Origin: a virus
Lineage: Duplodnaviria > Caudoviricetes
Length of the DNA: 29,899 nucleotides
Direction: 5' to 3' (one strand)
Virus record (IMG/VR): IMGVR_UViG_3300044723_000499
Location: 1 to 29,899 of that record
Made by a program: the position numbers and the translations under genes. Below, in pieces: positions 7,276 to 14,736 of this stretch (its first letter is position 1; each line of letters starts with the position of its first letter). The notes under the pieces were generated by a model, which was given only the letters and a program-made list of their open reading frames with translations, had not been told where the DNA came from and ran no database searches.

Positions 7276-7919
7276 TAGATGAAGATAATGTTTTTAAAAA
7301 TCAAGAAAACAAACAAAAATTTTTAATCAGAGCAATAGGTCGATTTAGAAGAGAAGTAAAAGCCGATAAATCTGGTAAAAACCCGGCATATAAAAAAAAT
7401 GGTTCTTATTTTGAATATAATACTTTAGAAGATGTTTTAGATGCTTTAGATAATATTCAAGAATATGGTTTAGACTTTGTTCAATATATATCAATTGACC
7501 ATTTAGTCACCAGAGTTATGCATATAGAAAGTGGTGAATTTTTTGATAGTATGATGGAACTTAAAACAGAAAAAGAAACATATCAGTCATATGGTTCATG
7601 TTTGTCGTATTTGCGCAGGTATGCTTTGATGACTATGTTCGGTCTTAGATCAGCAGATGACGATAGTAACAGTTCGCTTAGAGGTCGTGGGAGTTCTCCC
7701 CTTGTTTCTCATAAACCTGCGACCTCTGGGAACACTAGCAGCTCCTCCCAAGTTAGTGTTCCCACTAAAATTGACTTAAAAGAAGAATTATCCAAATGCA
7801 AAACAGTTAAAGAAGTTAATGCATATTGGGTTAAAAACTTTTCTGCAAAGGGAAAACAAACAACTGATGCAGAATTAGAATTATTCACAAACAGGAAACA
7901 GGAGATTAATAATGAATAA
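7263..7919 (+). CDS. erf: ERF-family ssDNA annealing protein
   Basis: KNP...Y.TLEDV and QSYGSCLSYLRRYALMTMFGL...DDD motifs. Confidence 0.85.
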   Translation: MGVLVDEDNVFKNQENKQKFLIRAIGRFRREVKADKSGKNPAYKKNGSYFEYNTLEDVLDALDNIQEYGLDFVQYISIDHLVTRVMHIESGEFFDSMMELKTEKETYQSYGSCLSYLRRYALMTMFGLRSADDDSNSSLRGRGSSPLVSHKPATSGNTSSSSQVSVPTKIDLKEELSKCKTVKEVNAYWVKNFSAKGKQTTDAELELFTNRKQEINNE

Positions 7920-8274
7920 TTGTGTATTTGATGGAAGATTAGCTAGAGATGCTGAACTTAAAGATTTAGGTGAAAACAAGGTCTGTAATTTCTCAATTGG
8001 CTCTAATGTAGGTTTTGGTGATAAGCAAAAAACACTATGGCTAGATTGCTCTATCTGGGGAAGAAGAGGAGAAGCTCTAAATGATAGCCTTAAAAAAGGT
8101 CAACAAGTGTTTATCTCTGGTGAATTATCTACAAGGGAATATGAAAAAGATGGTGTTGCTAGAACTGCATTATCTTTAAATGTTCAGAGTTTATCTTTTG
8201 GCGCATCATCAAGAAATGCTGAAGATAAAACCCTTTCTAATTCAACTGAACTTAATGATGAGATACCATTCTAA
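7912..8274 (+). CDS. ssb: Single-stranded DNA-binding protein
   Basis: GRLARDAELK...LKKGQQVFISGEL OB fold; C-terminal DEIPF. Confidence 0.95.
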   Translation: MNNCVFDGRLARDAELKDLGENKVCNFSIGSNVGFGDKQKTLWLDCSIWGRRGEALNDSLKKGQQVFISGELSTREYEKDGVARTALSLNVQSLSFGASSRNAEDKTLSNSTELNDEIPF

Positions 8275-8591
8275 TGAATAAAAATCAGCTTTTAGATGCC
8301 TGTAAAGTTGCTCTCAATAGTCGAGGGCAGCATTATGGCAAGGTATTAGAAAACCATACCCGTATCGCTAAAATATGGTCTGTTATACTAGGATCAGATA
8401 TAACTGAAGAACAAGTTGCTCTAATGATGGTTGGATTAAAGGTTGCCAGATTAGTAGAAACACCAGATCATCAAGATAGTATTTTAGACATTGCAGGTTA
8501 TGCAGCAGTTATGAGTGAATGCATTGAGGAAAAGAAGACCCAAAAAAGTACCGATAAGCAAACAGAGGGATATCTTTGGCACAAGAATTAA
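8274..8591 (+). CDS. DUF6378-like phage protein
   Basis: RGQHYG...IAKIWS...VALMMVGLKVAR...HQDSILDIAGYAA signature. Confidence 0.75.
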   Translation: MNKNQLLDACKVALNSRGQHYGKVLENHTRIAKIWSVILGSDITEEQVALMMVGLKVARLVETPDHQDSILDIAGYAAVMSECIEEKKTQKSTDKQTEGYLWHKN

Positions 8592-8763
8592 GCGCATTAA
8601 GAATTGTGTTTTTTGTGAAATTGGTATTGACTTAGATGAAGATATATTTGTTGCAGATGGTCGTGGTGATCTTCTGCACTTAACTTGTTTTGATGAAAGA
8701 TTGGAGGCATTTAATGAGGGAAAGAGTTTACAAAGGCATAAAGAGGACAAGGGAACAGATTGA
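8515..8763 (+). CDS. Small Zn-finger-like hypothetical protein
   Basis: CVFC...HLTC; overlaps both neighbours. Confidence 0.5.
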   Translation: MNALRKRRPKKVPISKQRDIFGTRIKRIKNCVFCEIGIDLDEDIFVADGRGDLLHLTCFDERLEAFNEGKSLQRHKEDKGTD

Positions 8764-9145
8764 GGAACAGCATAAGAAATTTAGCAGATGCTTTAAATGT
8801 GATGTAGAATTAGAACCTATAAAAGTTCCTAGAATACAACCCAGAATGTGCAATAAATGCAGAAGAAATGCTAATTATAGTGATGCTGAACTAAAACAAA
8901 TTCCTAAAATCCTACAAAAACAAAATGCTAAAAGGGATGATCTTGAAGAAGAAATGTTTGAAGATTGTCCAATAGCAGTAGCTGAATATGAAAAAGAAAG
9001 AAATGTACGTCACAAATGGTTTACACCAGTAAATAGTTCTGGAAATTCTATGTTATCCACAATAATGTCATCAAATCCAAATAATTATAAGCATAAAGTT
9101 GGATCTGCTAGAGATGGTGTTAGATATAAAAGAAAAGACCTATAA
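8690..9145 (+). CDS. Hypothetical protein with CxxC...CxxC
   Basis: CFKC...CNKC; last gene of the plus-strand operon; start uncertain. Confidence 0.6.
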   Translation: MMKDWRHLMRERVYKGIKRTREQIEEQHKKFSRCFKCDVELEPIKVPRIQPRMCNKCRRNANYSDAELKQIPKILQKQNAKRDDLEEEMFEDCPIAVAEYEKERNVRHKWFTPVNSSGNSMLSTIMSSNPNNYKHKVGSARDGVRYKRKDL

Positions 9146-9355
9146 TGGTGAACCTTGACAACAATCATCAATAACTGAGTGACACAATACACATTGCTCA
9201 TGTCCACCAACATTAACAGTCTGCAATGCACCTTGACATCTAGGGCATCTAGGTAAGCAATGAGTTATTGTTTCAACCCACTCTTCACCAAAACCTTTTT
9301 CAGCTTTTTTATCTTCCTTATCCCATTCTTTTTTTAGGTTATCCCACTCGCTCAT
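9140..9355 (-). CDS. Small Cys-rich hypothetical protein
   Basis: CPRC...CVLC...DDCC; coupled to the holin stop. Confidence 0.65.
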   Translation of the reverse strand: MSEWDNLKKEWDKEDKKAEKGFGEEWVETITHCLPRCPRCQGALQTVNVGGHEQCVLCHSVIDDCCQGSPL

Positions 9356-9741
9356 TTTTCTTCCTTTTTCTTGCTAAAATTAACACCTAAATTCTTTGCT
9401 GCTCTTTCACCATACCAGAAACCCATAGAAAGTAGGTTTAACTGCCACAACATTTCCATAGTGTCTTGCTCAACATTCCTAGTTAAAAATCCATAAATAA
9501 AAGCACCTGCCAATAAATATGTTAATACAGGTCTAACTGATCCTCTTAATATCTGTATTGTCCAATGAACTTGATCTCCTCGACCCTCATAAGCAACAAC
9601 AAAATCCCTAAAAGAACCCTCTGCTTTTTGCACTTCTTTTTCCATTTCCATTCTAGCTTTTTCTTTAGCCTTTGGATCTGGAATTAAATCTAAAACCTTG
9701 CCCATAGCAGGTTGTAATAATGGTAATAATGCCTGTATCAT
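9352..9741 (-). CDS. Holin (GTA 3TM-holin-like)
   Basis: KVLDLIPDP...VRPVLTY...GFWYGER with two C-terminal hydrophobic helices; GGAG SD favours ATG 9741; next to the endolysin. Confidence 0.7.
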   Translation of the reverse strand: MIQALLPLLQPAMGKVLDLIPDPKAKEKARMEMEKEVQKAEGSFRDFVVAYEGRGDQVHWTIQILRGSVRPVLTYLLAGAFIYGFLTRNVEQDTMEMLWQLNLLSMGFWYGERAAKNLGVNFSKKKEEK

Positions 9742-9742
9742 A

Positions 9743-10114
9743 TTAATAACTCCATATATTAGGTCTAGGATCTTGCTCATAGGTATCTAGATGCAAAAAC
9801 CTACCAGAACCTTTTTGTTTAATCCCTATGCCCTTAAAACCTAGATTAATTGCTAATCTAATCAATTTATATGCTTCTTGTCCATCGCAAGCTATGTCAA
9901 CTGCTAAACCTCTAGTGTGAACTCCGGGTCTTTTCTTTGATGCTTCTACTGGGTGTTTTGGATCACGAAAACCACTAGTTATAATTAATGGTTTACCATA
10001 TGCAGTTCTTAATTCTTGTAACTTGCCCATAAAATGCTCATTCATAAAACATTTCCCGGTAAAAGTACAAGCTAACTCTTTTTCTGTAAAATTAGGATAG
10101 TTTTCCCACCTCAT
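9743..10114 (-). CDS. Endolysin, peptidase M15A family
   Basis: ITSGFR...HTRGLAVDI...FLHLD zinc-peptidase motifs. Confidence 0.9.
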   Translation of the reverse strand: MRWENYPNFTEKELACTFTGKCFMNEHFMGKLQELRTAYGKPLIITSGFRDPKHPVEASKKRPGVHTRGLAVDIACDGQEAYKLIRLAINLGFKGIGIKQKGSGRFLHLDTYEQDPRPNIWSY

Positions 10115-10533
10115 TGCAATCTCCTCTGATTTACTATTTGTAATGCTTTTTCAAACGAAAAATATTCAACATCATTTTTTTCAAAATATTCTTTTCTGTA
10201 TCTTTGTGATAAAACTTGCACTTGCTCTGTTGCATTAAATACCACTCGTCTATGATTAATTCCAACGTGCGCCAATATATCATAACTTTCTACACCTTTA
10301 ACCTTTTTGTTTCTGCCACTACCATTATTGAAATGATAGATAGCTGTAATTCTGCTTTTTTCTAATCTTAATGATGCTGATTTAACTTGCACTCTTAAAT
10401 ATTGATCGTCTTTCCAAGCTAACAAATCGACACTATCTTGCTGTGCCATTGATACTTTCCAACCTAATTCCAACAATGCACCTGCACATATATATTCACC
10501 AATTAAACCTTTAGTGGTTTCAGCGACTAGCAT
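10111..10533 (-). CDS. PD-(D/E)XK endonuclease-like protein
   Basis: GLIGEY...VDLL...RVQVKS signature. Confidence 0.7.
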   Translation of the reverse strand: MLVAETTKGLIGEYICAGALLELGWKVSMAQQDSVDLLAWKDDQYLRVQVKSASLRLEKSRITAIYHFNNGSGRNKKVKGVESYDILAHVGINHRRVVFNATEQVQVLSQRYRKEYFEKNDVEYFSFEKALQIVNQRRLQ

Positions 10534-10633
10534 TAAATTCTTCCATTATCTCTTTTATGGTTCGCTTGCATCCTATGCATATTTTATTTTCATCTAACTT
10601 ACAAACTCCAATACAAGGTGATTTATTCGACAA
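10520..10633 (-). CDS. DUF1289-like small Cys-rich protein (not in ORF track)
   Basis: TTG start; SPCIGVCKLDENKICIGCKRTIKEI matches SPCxxxC...CxGCxR..EI. Confidence 0.7.
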   Translation of the reverse strand: MSNKSPCIGVCKLDENKICIGCKRTIKEIMEEFNASR

Positions 10634-10841
10634 CTGGTAATCCAATCATCTGATTAATGCCAAACATCTCCATTATTATAAATGTAAAGAATAATAATAA
10701 AACACCACCTGCAATTAATTTTCCACTAAAATTAGTTGACCCTATTTTTATAGCTATAAATTCATTTCCTAATATTCTAAGAATTAATTCAAAAGAATTG
10801 TCACCAATATTAGCTGATACTATTTTTTTATTTTCCGACAC
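10623..10841 (-). CDS. Small membrane protein
   Basis: 72 aa with a C-terminal hydrophobic helix. Confidence 0.65.
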   Translation of the reverse strand: MSENKKIVSANIGDNSFELILRILGNEFIAIKIGSTNFSGKLIAGGVLLLFFTFIIMEMFGINQMIGLPVVE

Positions 10842-11172
10842 TTCTTAAACTTTCCATAACCTTATCAATATTCGGCTCATCTTGTCCGGGATTATAAATA
10901 CATTTATATTGTTTTGGACACCAACTTTCAATCATCATTTCATAGGTTCTATTTCCACCTTGATAAATACAGGCTTGTTTCCCGGTAATTTGTGATTTAA
11001 TTTTTTTCTTTAATCTGCAAGTTGTATATTTAGGATTAGGTGTTAAACCTTGATTTATCTTCTGCTGTTTTGTGTATTCTTTAGATTTATATTTGTATCC
11101 ATTAGCAACAGATACACTTGCATCACATATCATTGATAATGTTAATGGCAAAATCACAATAAATTTAATCAT
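10828..11172 (-). CDS. Hypothetical secreted/membrane protein with four C-terminal Cys
   Basis: Hydrophobic N-terminus; TCRL...ACIY...WCPKQYKC. Confidence 0.65.
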   Translation of the reverse strand: MIKFIVILPLTLSMICDASVSVANGYKYKSKEYTKQQKINQGLTPNPKYTTCRLKKKIKSQITGKQACIYQGGNRTYEMMIESWCPKQYKCIYNPGQDEPNIDKVMESLRSVGK

Positions 11173-11701
11173 TAAATTGCCTAATAATAGAAATATCGTG
11201 AATGTTTACAGGCTCTGCTGCTCTTGCTTTATCTATCCAAATTTTAGTCACTAATGCAAAAAAACCTAATACTAAAGCACCAACAAAAATCCAACCAACT
11301 ATCTCAAATATTTGTTGTCTCATTCTTTGTTGTTTATAAACTAATTCTTGACGTTCTTTTCTTATTTGACCCTCCATAGCCAATAATTCATTATAGGCAT
11401 TAATCCCATAAGTCATATTAAGAAAGACCTTTAGTTCATATCTTTGTTCTTCTAGTTTCTTTTTAGCTGCATATGCTTCAATAGCAGCTTGCTCTATAGA
11501 TTGTGCATTAAATAATTTCTTGAATAAGGGTGGGTTTTTAGCTTGCTTTTCAGCATTATCTACATCAGAAACTGCACCCATCCAACGAGATAAATCGCCA
11601 GACATTTGCTCCAAATCACGACCAACTGAAAATCCTTGTTTAATTGCATTAAATGCTGAACTAGCAACACCTATAGCAGCAGATATAGTTATTGGATCTA
11701 T
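11165..11701 (-). CDS. Coiled-coil membrane-anchored protein, probable non-canonical ATA start
   Basis: Frame is open from ATA 11701 (IDPITISAAIGVASSAFNAIKQG...), with GGAG 7 nt upstream; C-terminal TM helix. The ORF track starts it at TTG 11614. Confidence 0.65.
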   Translation of the reverse strand: MDPITISAAIGVASSAFNAIKQGFSVGRDLEQMSGDLSRWMGAVSDVDNAEKQAKNPPLFKKLFNAQSIEQAAIEAYAAKKKLEEQRYELKVFLNMTYGINAYNELLAMEGQIRKERQELVYKQQRMRQQIFEIVGWIFVGALVLGFFALVTKIWIDKARAAEPVNIHDISIIRQFND

Positions 11702-11713
11702 GATGGTTCTCCA

Positions 11714-11878
11714 TTACTTTCCTAAAAGTTTTTTTATAGTTTCAGTTTCATATATGCGAATAGAAAACCAAACAATGGACAAACATGATCCTATCAATGC
11801 TGCCATCTCTGGCAACATTCCAAATAAAGATGCACCTGCTGTAGTTGCTGCAGTCATATCAATAGGTGTTTTATTCAT
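11714..11878 (-). CDS. 54-aa holin-like membrane protein (not in ORF track)
   Basis: MNKTPIDMTAATTAGASLFGMLPEMAALIGSCLSIVWFSIRIYETETIKKLLGK*; hydrophobic segments and basic tail; ATGA overlap with the upstream gene. Confidence 0.65.
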   Translation of the reverse strand: MNKTPIDMTAATTAGASLFGMLPEMAALIGSCLSIVWFSIRIYETETIKKLLGK

Positions 11879-12078
11879 GTTAACTGCCCTTTCGCAAGTT
11901 TTTTACATCTATATTTCATTGCCCTATAATTAGGATAATAATGTGGCACTTGTGTTGCTATTTCTATTGCTCTTTCAACACAACTTTCTTCTGTTTTATG
12001 AATATCTCTAACGTCTTCTAATTGAATACAGTTTTTAGGATTTAATAAACTACATATCATTACAAAACATTTAAACAT
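11875..12078 (-). CDS. Hypothetical protein
   Basis: 67-aa ORF in operon context, several Cys. Confidence 0.6.
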   Translation of the reverse strand: MFKCFVMICSLLNPKNCIQLEDVRDIHKTEESCVERAIEIATQVPHYYPNYRAMKYRCKKLAKGQLT

Positions 12079-12084
12079 TCATAC

Positions 12085-12294
12085 CTATTTTTCATCTTCT
12101 TCTTTTATTAATGATTTGGCTAATTGGTCTTTGAAAAACAAATTTGAACCTGTCATTTGGTCTAGCTTAATCTTTAAACTATCAGCTTCTTGTTGTGTAA
12201 GTTTTATCTGAGAATAATAATATTTTTGACTTTCATCTAAATCTTCAAACTTAAACTCTTTATCATTAATTGTTACTGTTTCACTCATTACCAA
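12085..12294 (-). CDS. Hypothetical coiled-coil protein
   Basis: VTINDKEFKFEDL...; downstream of the tail fibre. Confidence 0.7.
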   Translation of the reverse strand: MVMSETVTINDKEFKFEDLDESQKYYYSQIKLTQQEADSLKIKLDQMTGSNLFFKDQLAKSLIKEEDEK

Positions 12295-12599
12295 GATACT
12301 CCACTTGCTGTTGTTGGATTAGCTTTTGCATCTATCTGTGATGCAATACCTGCTTCTATTGATGCAACTTCATCTTCACCTAAAGCATCTTTTGCCCATC
12401 CTATAGCTTGTGTCTCAGTGATATCTGCATATGGTGTTGGTGTGCCTACAAGAGTTACACCCACTGTTCCATAAGCTGAACCAGTGTTGCCATCATCATC
12501 TTCATCATTTGCTGACCAATGCAATATAGTAACGATATCTGTGTTATCGCCCTGCACCAAATCTCTTTCCATTGTGTTAATTGTCCAAGTTACTGCCAT
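12288..12599 (-). CDS. Tail-fibre-associated protein
   Basis: AGGAG SD; acidic 103-aa protein immediately after the fibre gene. Confidence 0.65.
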   Translation of the reverse strand: MAVTWTINTMERDLVQGDNTDIVTILHWSANDEDDDGNTGSAYGTVGVTLVGTPTPYADITETQAIGWAKDALGEDEVASIEAGIASQIDAKANPTTASGVSW

Positions 12600-12615
12600 T
12601 TTATTCTCCTGTTAG

Positions 12616-14727
12616 TTAAGCATTTTCTAAGGTTGTTATTCTAGCTTCTAGTTCTTGTATAGTCTTCACGAGTAAAGGTACAAGCTTGCTTTGGTCTATG
12701 CCTTGATAGACTGGAATAGTGTTTCCATCTTCATCTAGCTTGTTATCACCTACAGAAACACCATCAGGTAATTCTTCATGTTCTCTCCAAACCTTTACTT
12801 CATTGTGTGTACCACTAATTGCTTCTGGTACAACTGACTGCACTTCATGTGCTAAGAAGCCATCTACTGTTGTATCTGCATCTGCTATGAAATTAAAACG
12901 AACTGGATTGAGTTGCTTTAGTCTTGTTGTTGCATCCCAATCTGCTGTTACATTTTCTTTTAGCCTGTGGTCTGATGAGGTGTTATAGGCTACACCTGTT
13001 CCACCATTTTGACTTATGCTTCCTGCCTGTGTTCCTGCTGAATTAGTAAAATTAATATAGGCTCCAAGATTATTACTATTGTTATTTTTAACATTAACAC
13101 CTGTATAAGAACTAAGGTTTGACTCAATCATTAACTTAGCAATATTTGAAGCATCCCCAATACCAACATTGCCACTAGAATTTATCTGAAACACAGTTGC
13201 ACCTGATGAATTACTTATTCTAAAGTTATCTGCACCACCAGAGCCTAACCAAACAAGATTATTAGTTCCGTTTTGAAGTGCTAATCTGTATTGATTGTTA
13301 CCTTGGAATCTAGCTCTTTTATCAAGAGAACTTGTACCAACGTCTAAGGGATATCCCGGTCCAGTATTTCCAATGCCTATATTTCCTCCAGCAGAAAAGG
13401 ACATACTAATTGTGCTATCAGCACCTATACCACCTGATAGGTAGAGGTCTTTGAAGCGACCAGCAGGTTCGCCTAAATCTACTGCTCCATCTATCTTTGC
13501 ACCACCAGCAGTATTTACTGTATATATACTATTATCACCATCATGAAATCTTATTCCAGTATCACCAGTACCAATATATAAATCTCCATTTGTAGTACCA
13601 ATACTTCCTACATCAGCTCCGTCTTTACGAAATCTTATATGCTCATTATTATCATCTTCAGCATTTAAGTATAGATTTGTAAAATCACATCCTGAAAATA
13701 TCTGACCATTAGCTCCAATAGTTACACCTGACCCACCATCACCTATTGGTGAATACTGACTAGTGTGACCCACCAACAAGTTTTGACTATTATCAATGGT
13801 TAAAGCTCGTGTAGCATTTGTTCTAATGTATAAAGAATTATCTGAATGGTCGTAGTTTATTAAACCGACATTATCATCAGCAGAATCGCCAAAAGCAATG
13901 CCTGTAATACCTGAACCTGCTGTTTCTAAATACAAGAAAGCATCACTATAAGTTTGTGTTCCAGTTGTTTTTATTCTCAATGTTGCATCTGTACCTGCAT
14001 TTTGTCCTACAACATCTAGAAAATGTGCAGGTGAGCTAGTTCCTATGCCTAAAGCCTCAGCACTACTATCCCAAAAGAACTTAGGTGTTGTGCCTGTGTC
14101 CTCGTAGAAACTGATGTCTCCACTATCTTCAACAAGCAGTCTTGCTTTACCATCAGTCTTTAACTGAATAGGTGTACCATTGTCTGTGTTATCAGGGTCT
14201 GCATCAAAGATTAATCCTGATTGTGCAGTTGTATATATTTGTGCAGTACCATTTTGATTAGAATGTTCTAATGTAATCTTTGGGGAAGAACCAAAAATAT
14301 GAAGTGGTGAAGATGGATCTGACTCCCCAATCCCAACATTCTGACTAGCATCTATGGTAATCGCATCTGTTCCTGCTGTTACAAACTTTAATATGTCTGT
14401 GCCACCTCTATAGATACCCATATTCGTATCAGAATTAAATGTTAAGGCAGGTGCTGATACTGTTCCATCATCTAATTGTAATGTGCCACTTAAAACGAAT
14501 TTATCATTAGTCTGGTCTAATTCTGCAAACTTTATCCAAGCATCATTATCTTCATTTCTGATATACATGATGTTGTTAGCACTATCATACCACCACATAT
14601 TTGAGAATGTTGTTGATGGAGCAGTTGCACCAGAACTATTTGATGCTAATGCTTGTAATGCTGAATTTAAATCTGCTCTAAATGCCGGGAAACCTTGATT
14701 GGCAATAGTAAAATCATTTTGTGACAT
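12616..14727 (-). CDS. Tail fibre with C-terminal intramolecular chaperone (peptidase S74)
   Basis: Repeated GNVGIG-type modules; SSDHRLKENV cleavage motif, GFLAHEVQ and a terminal coiled coil. Confidence 0.9.
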   Translation of the reverse strand: MSQNDFTIANQGFPAFRADLNSALQALASNSSGATAPSTTFSNMWWYDSANNIMYIRNEDNDAWIKFAELDQTNDKFVLSGTLQLDDGTVSAPALTFNSDTNMGIYRGGTDILKFVTAGTDAITIDASQNVGIGESDPSSPLHIFGSSPKITLEHSNQNGTAQIYTTAQSGLIFDADPDNTDNGTPIQLKTDGKARLLVEDSGDISFYEDTGTTPKFFWDSSAEALGIGTSSPAHFLDVVGQNAGTDATLRIKTTGTQTYSDAFLYLETAGSGITGIAFGDSADDNVGLINYDHSDNSLYIRTNATRALTIDNSQNLLVGHTSQYSPIGDGGSGVTIGANGQIFSGCDFTNLYLNAEDDNNEHIRFRKDGADVGSIGTTNGDLYIGTGDTGIRFHDGDNSIYTVNTAGGAKIDGAVDLGEPAGRFKDLYLSGGIGADSTISMSFSAGGNIGIGNTGPGYPLDVGTSSLDKRARFQGNNQYRLALQNGTNNLVWLGSGGADNFRISNSSGATVFQINSSGNVGIGDASNIAKLMIESNLSSYTGVNVKNNNSNNLGAYINFTNSAGTQAGSISQNGGTGVAYNTSSDHRLKENVTADWDATTRLKQLNPVRFNFIADADTTVDGFLAHEVQSVVPEAISGTHNEVKVWREHEELPDGVSVGDNKLDEDGNTIPVYQGIDQSKLVPLLVKTIQELEARITTLENA

Positions 14728-14736
14728 ATTTTATCC

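Noticed and set aside
8484-8750. 88-aa minus-strand ORF
   Set aside because: Antisense to the coupled plus-strand operon; no motifs.
11520-11933. 137-aa plus-strand ORF in the lysis region
   Set aside because: Antisense to two well-supported minus-strand genes.
12616-14727. Diversity-generating retroelement or invertase-based fibre switching
   Set aside because: No reverse transcriptase or recombinase gene, and I saw no duplicated template region.
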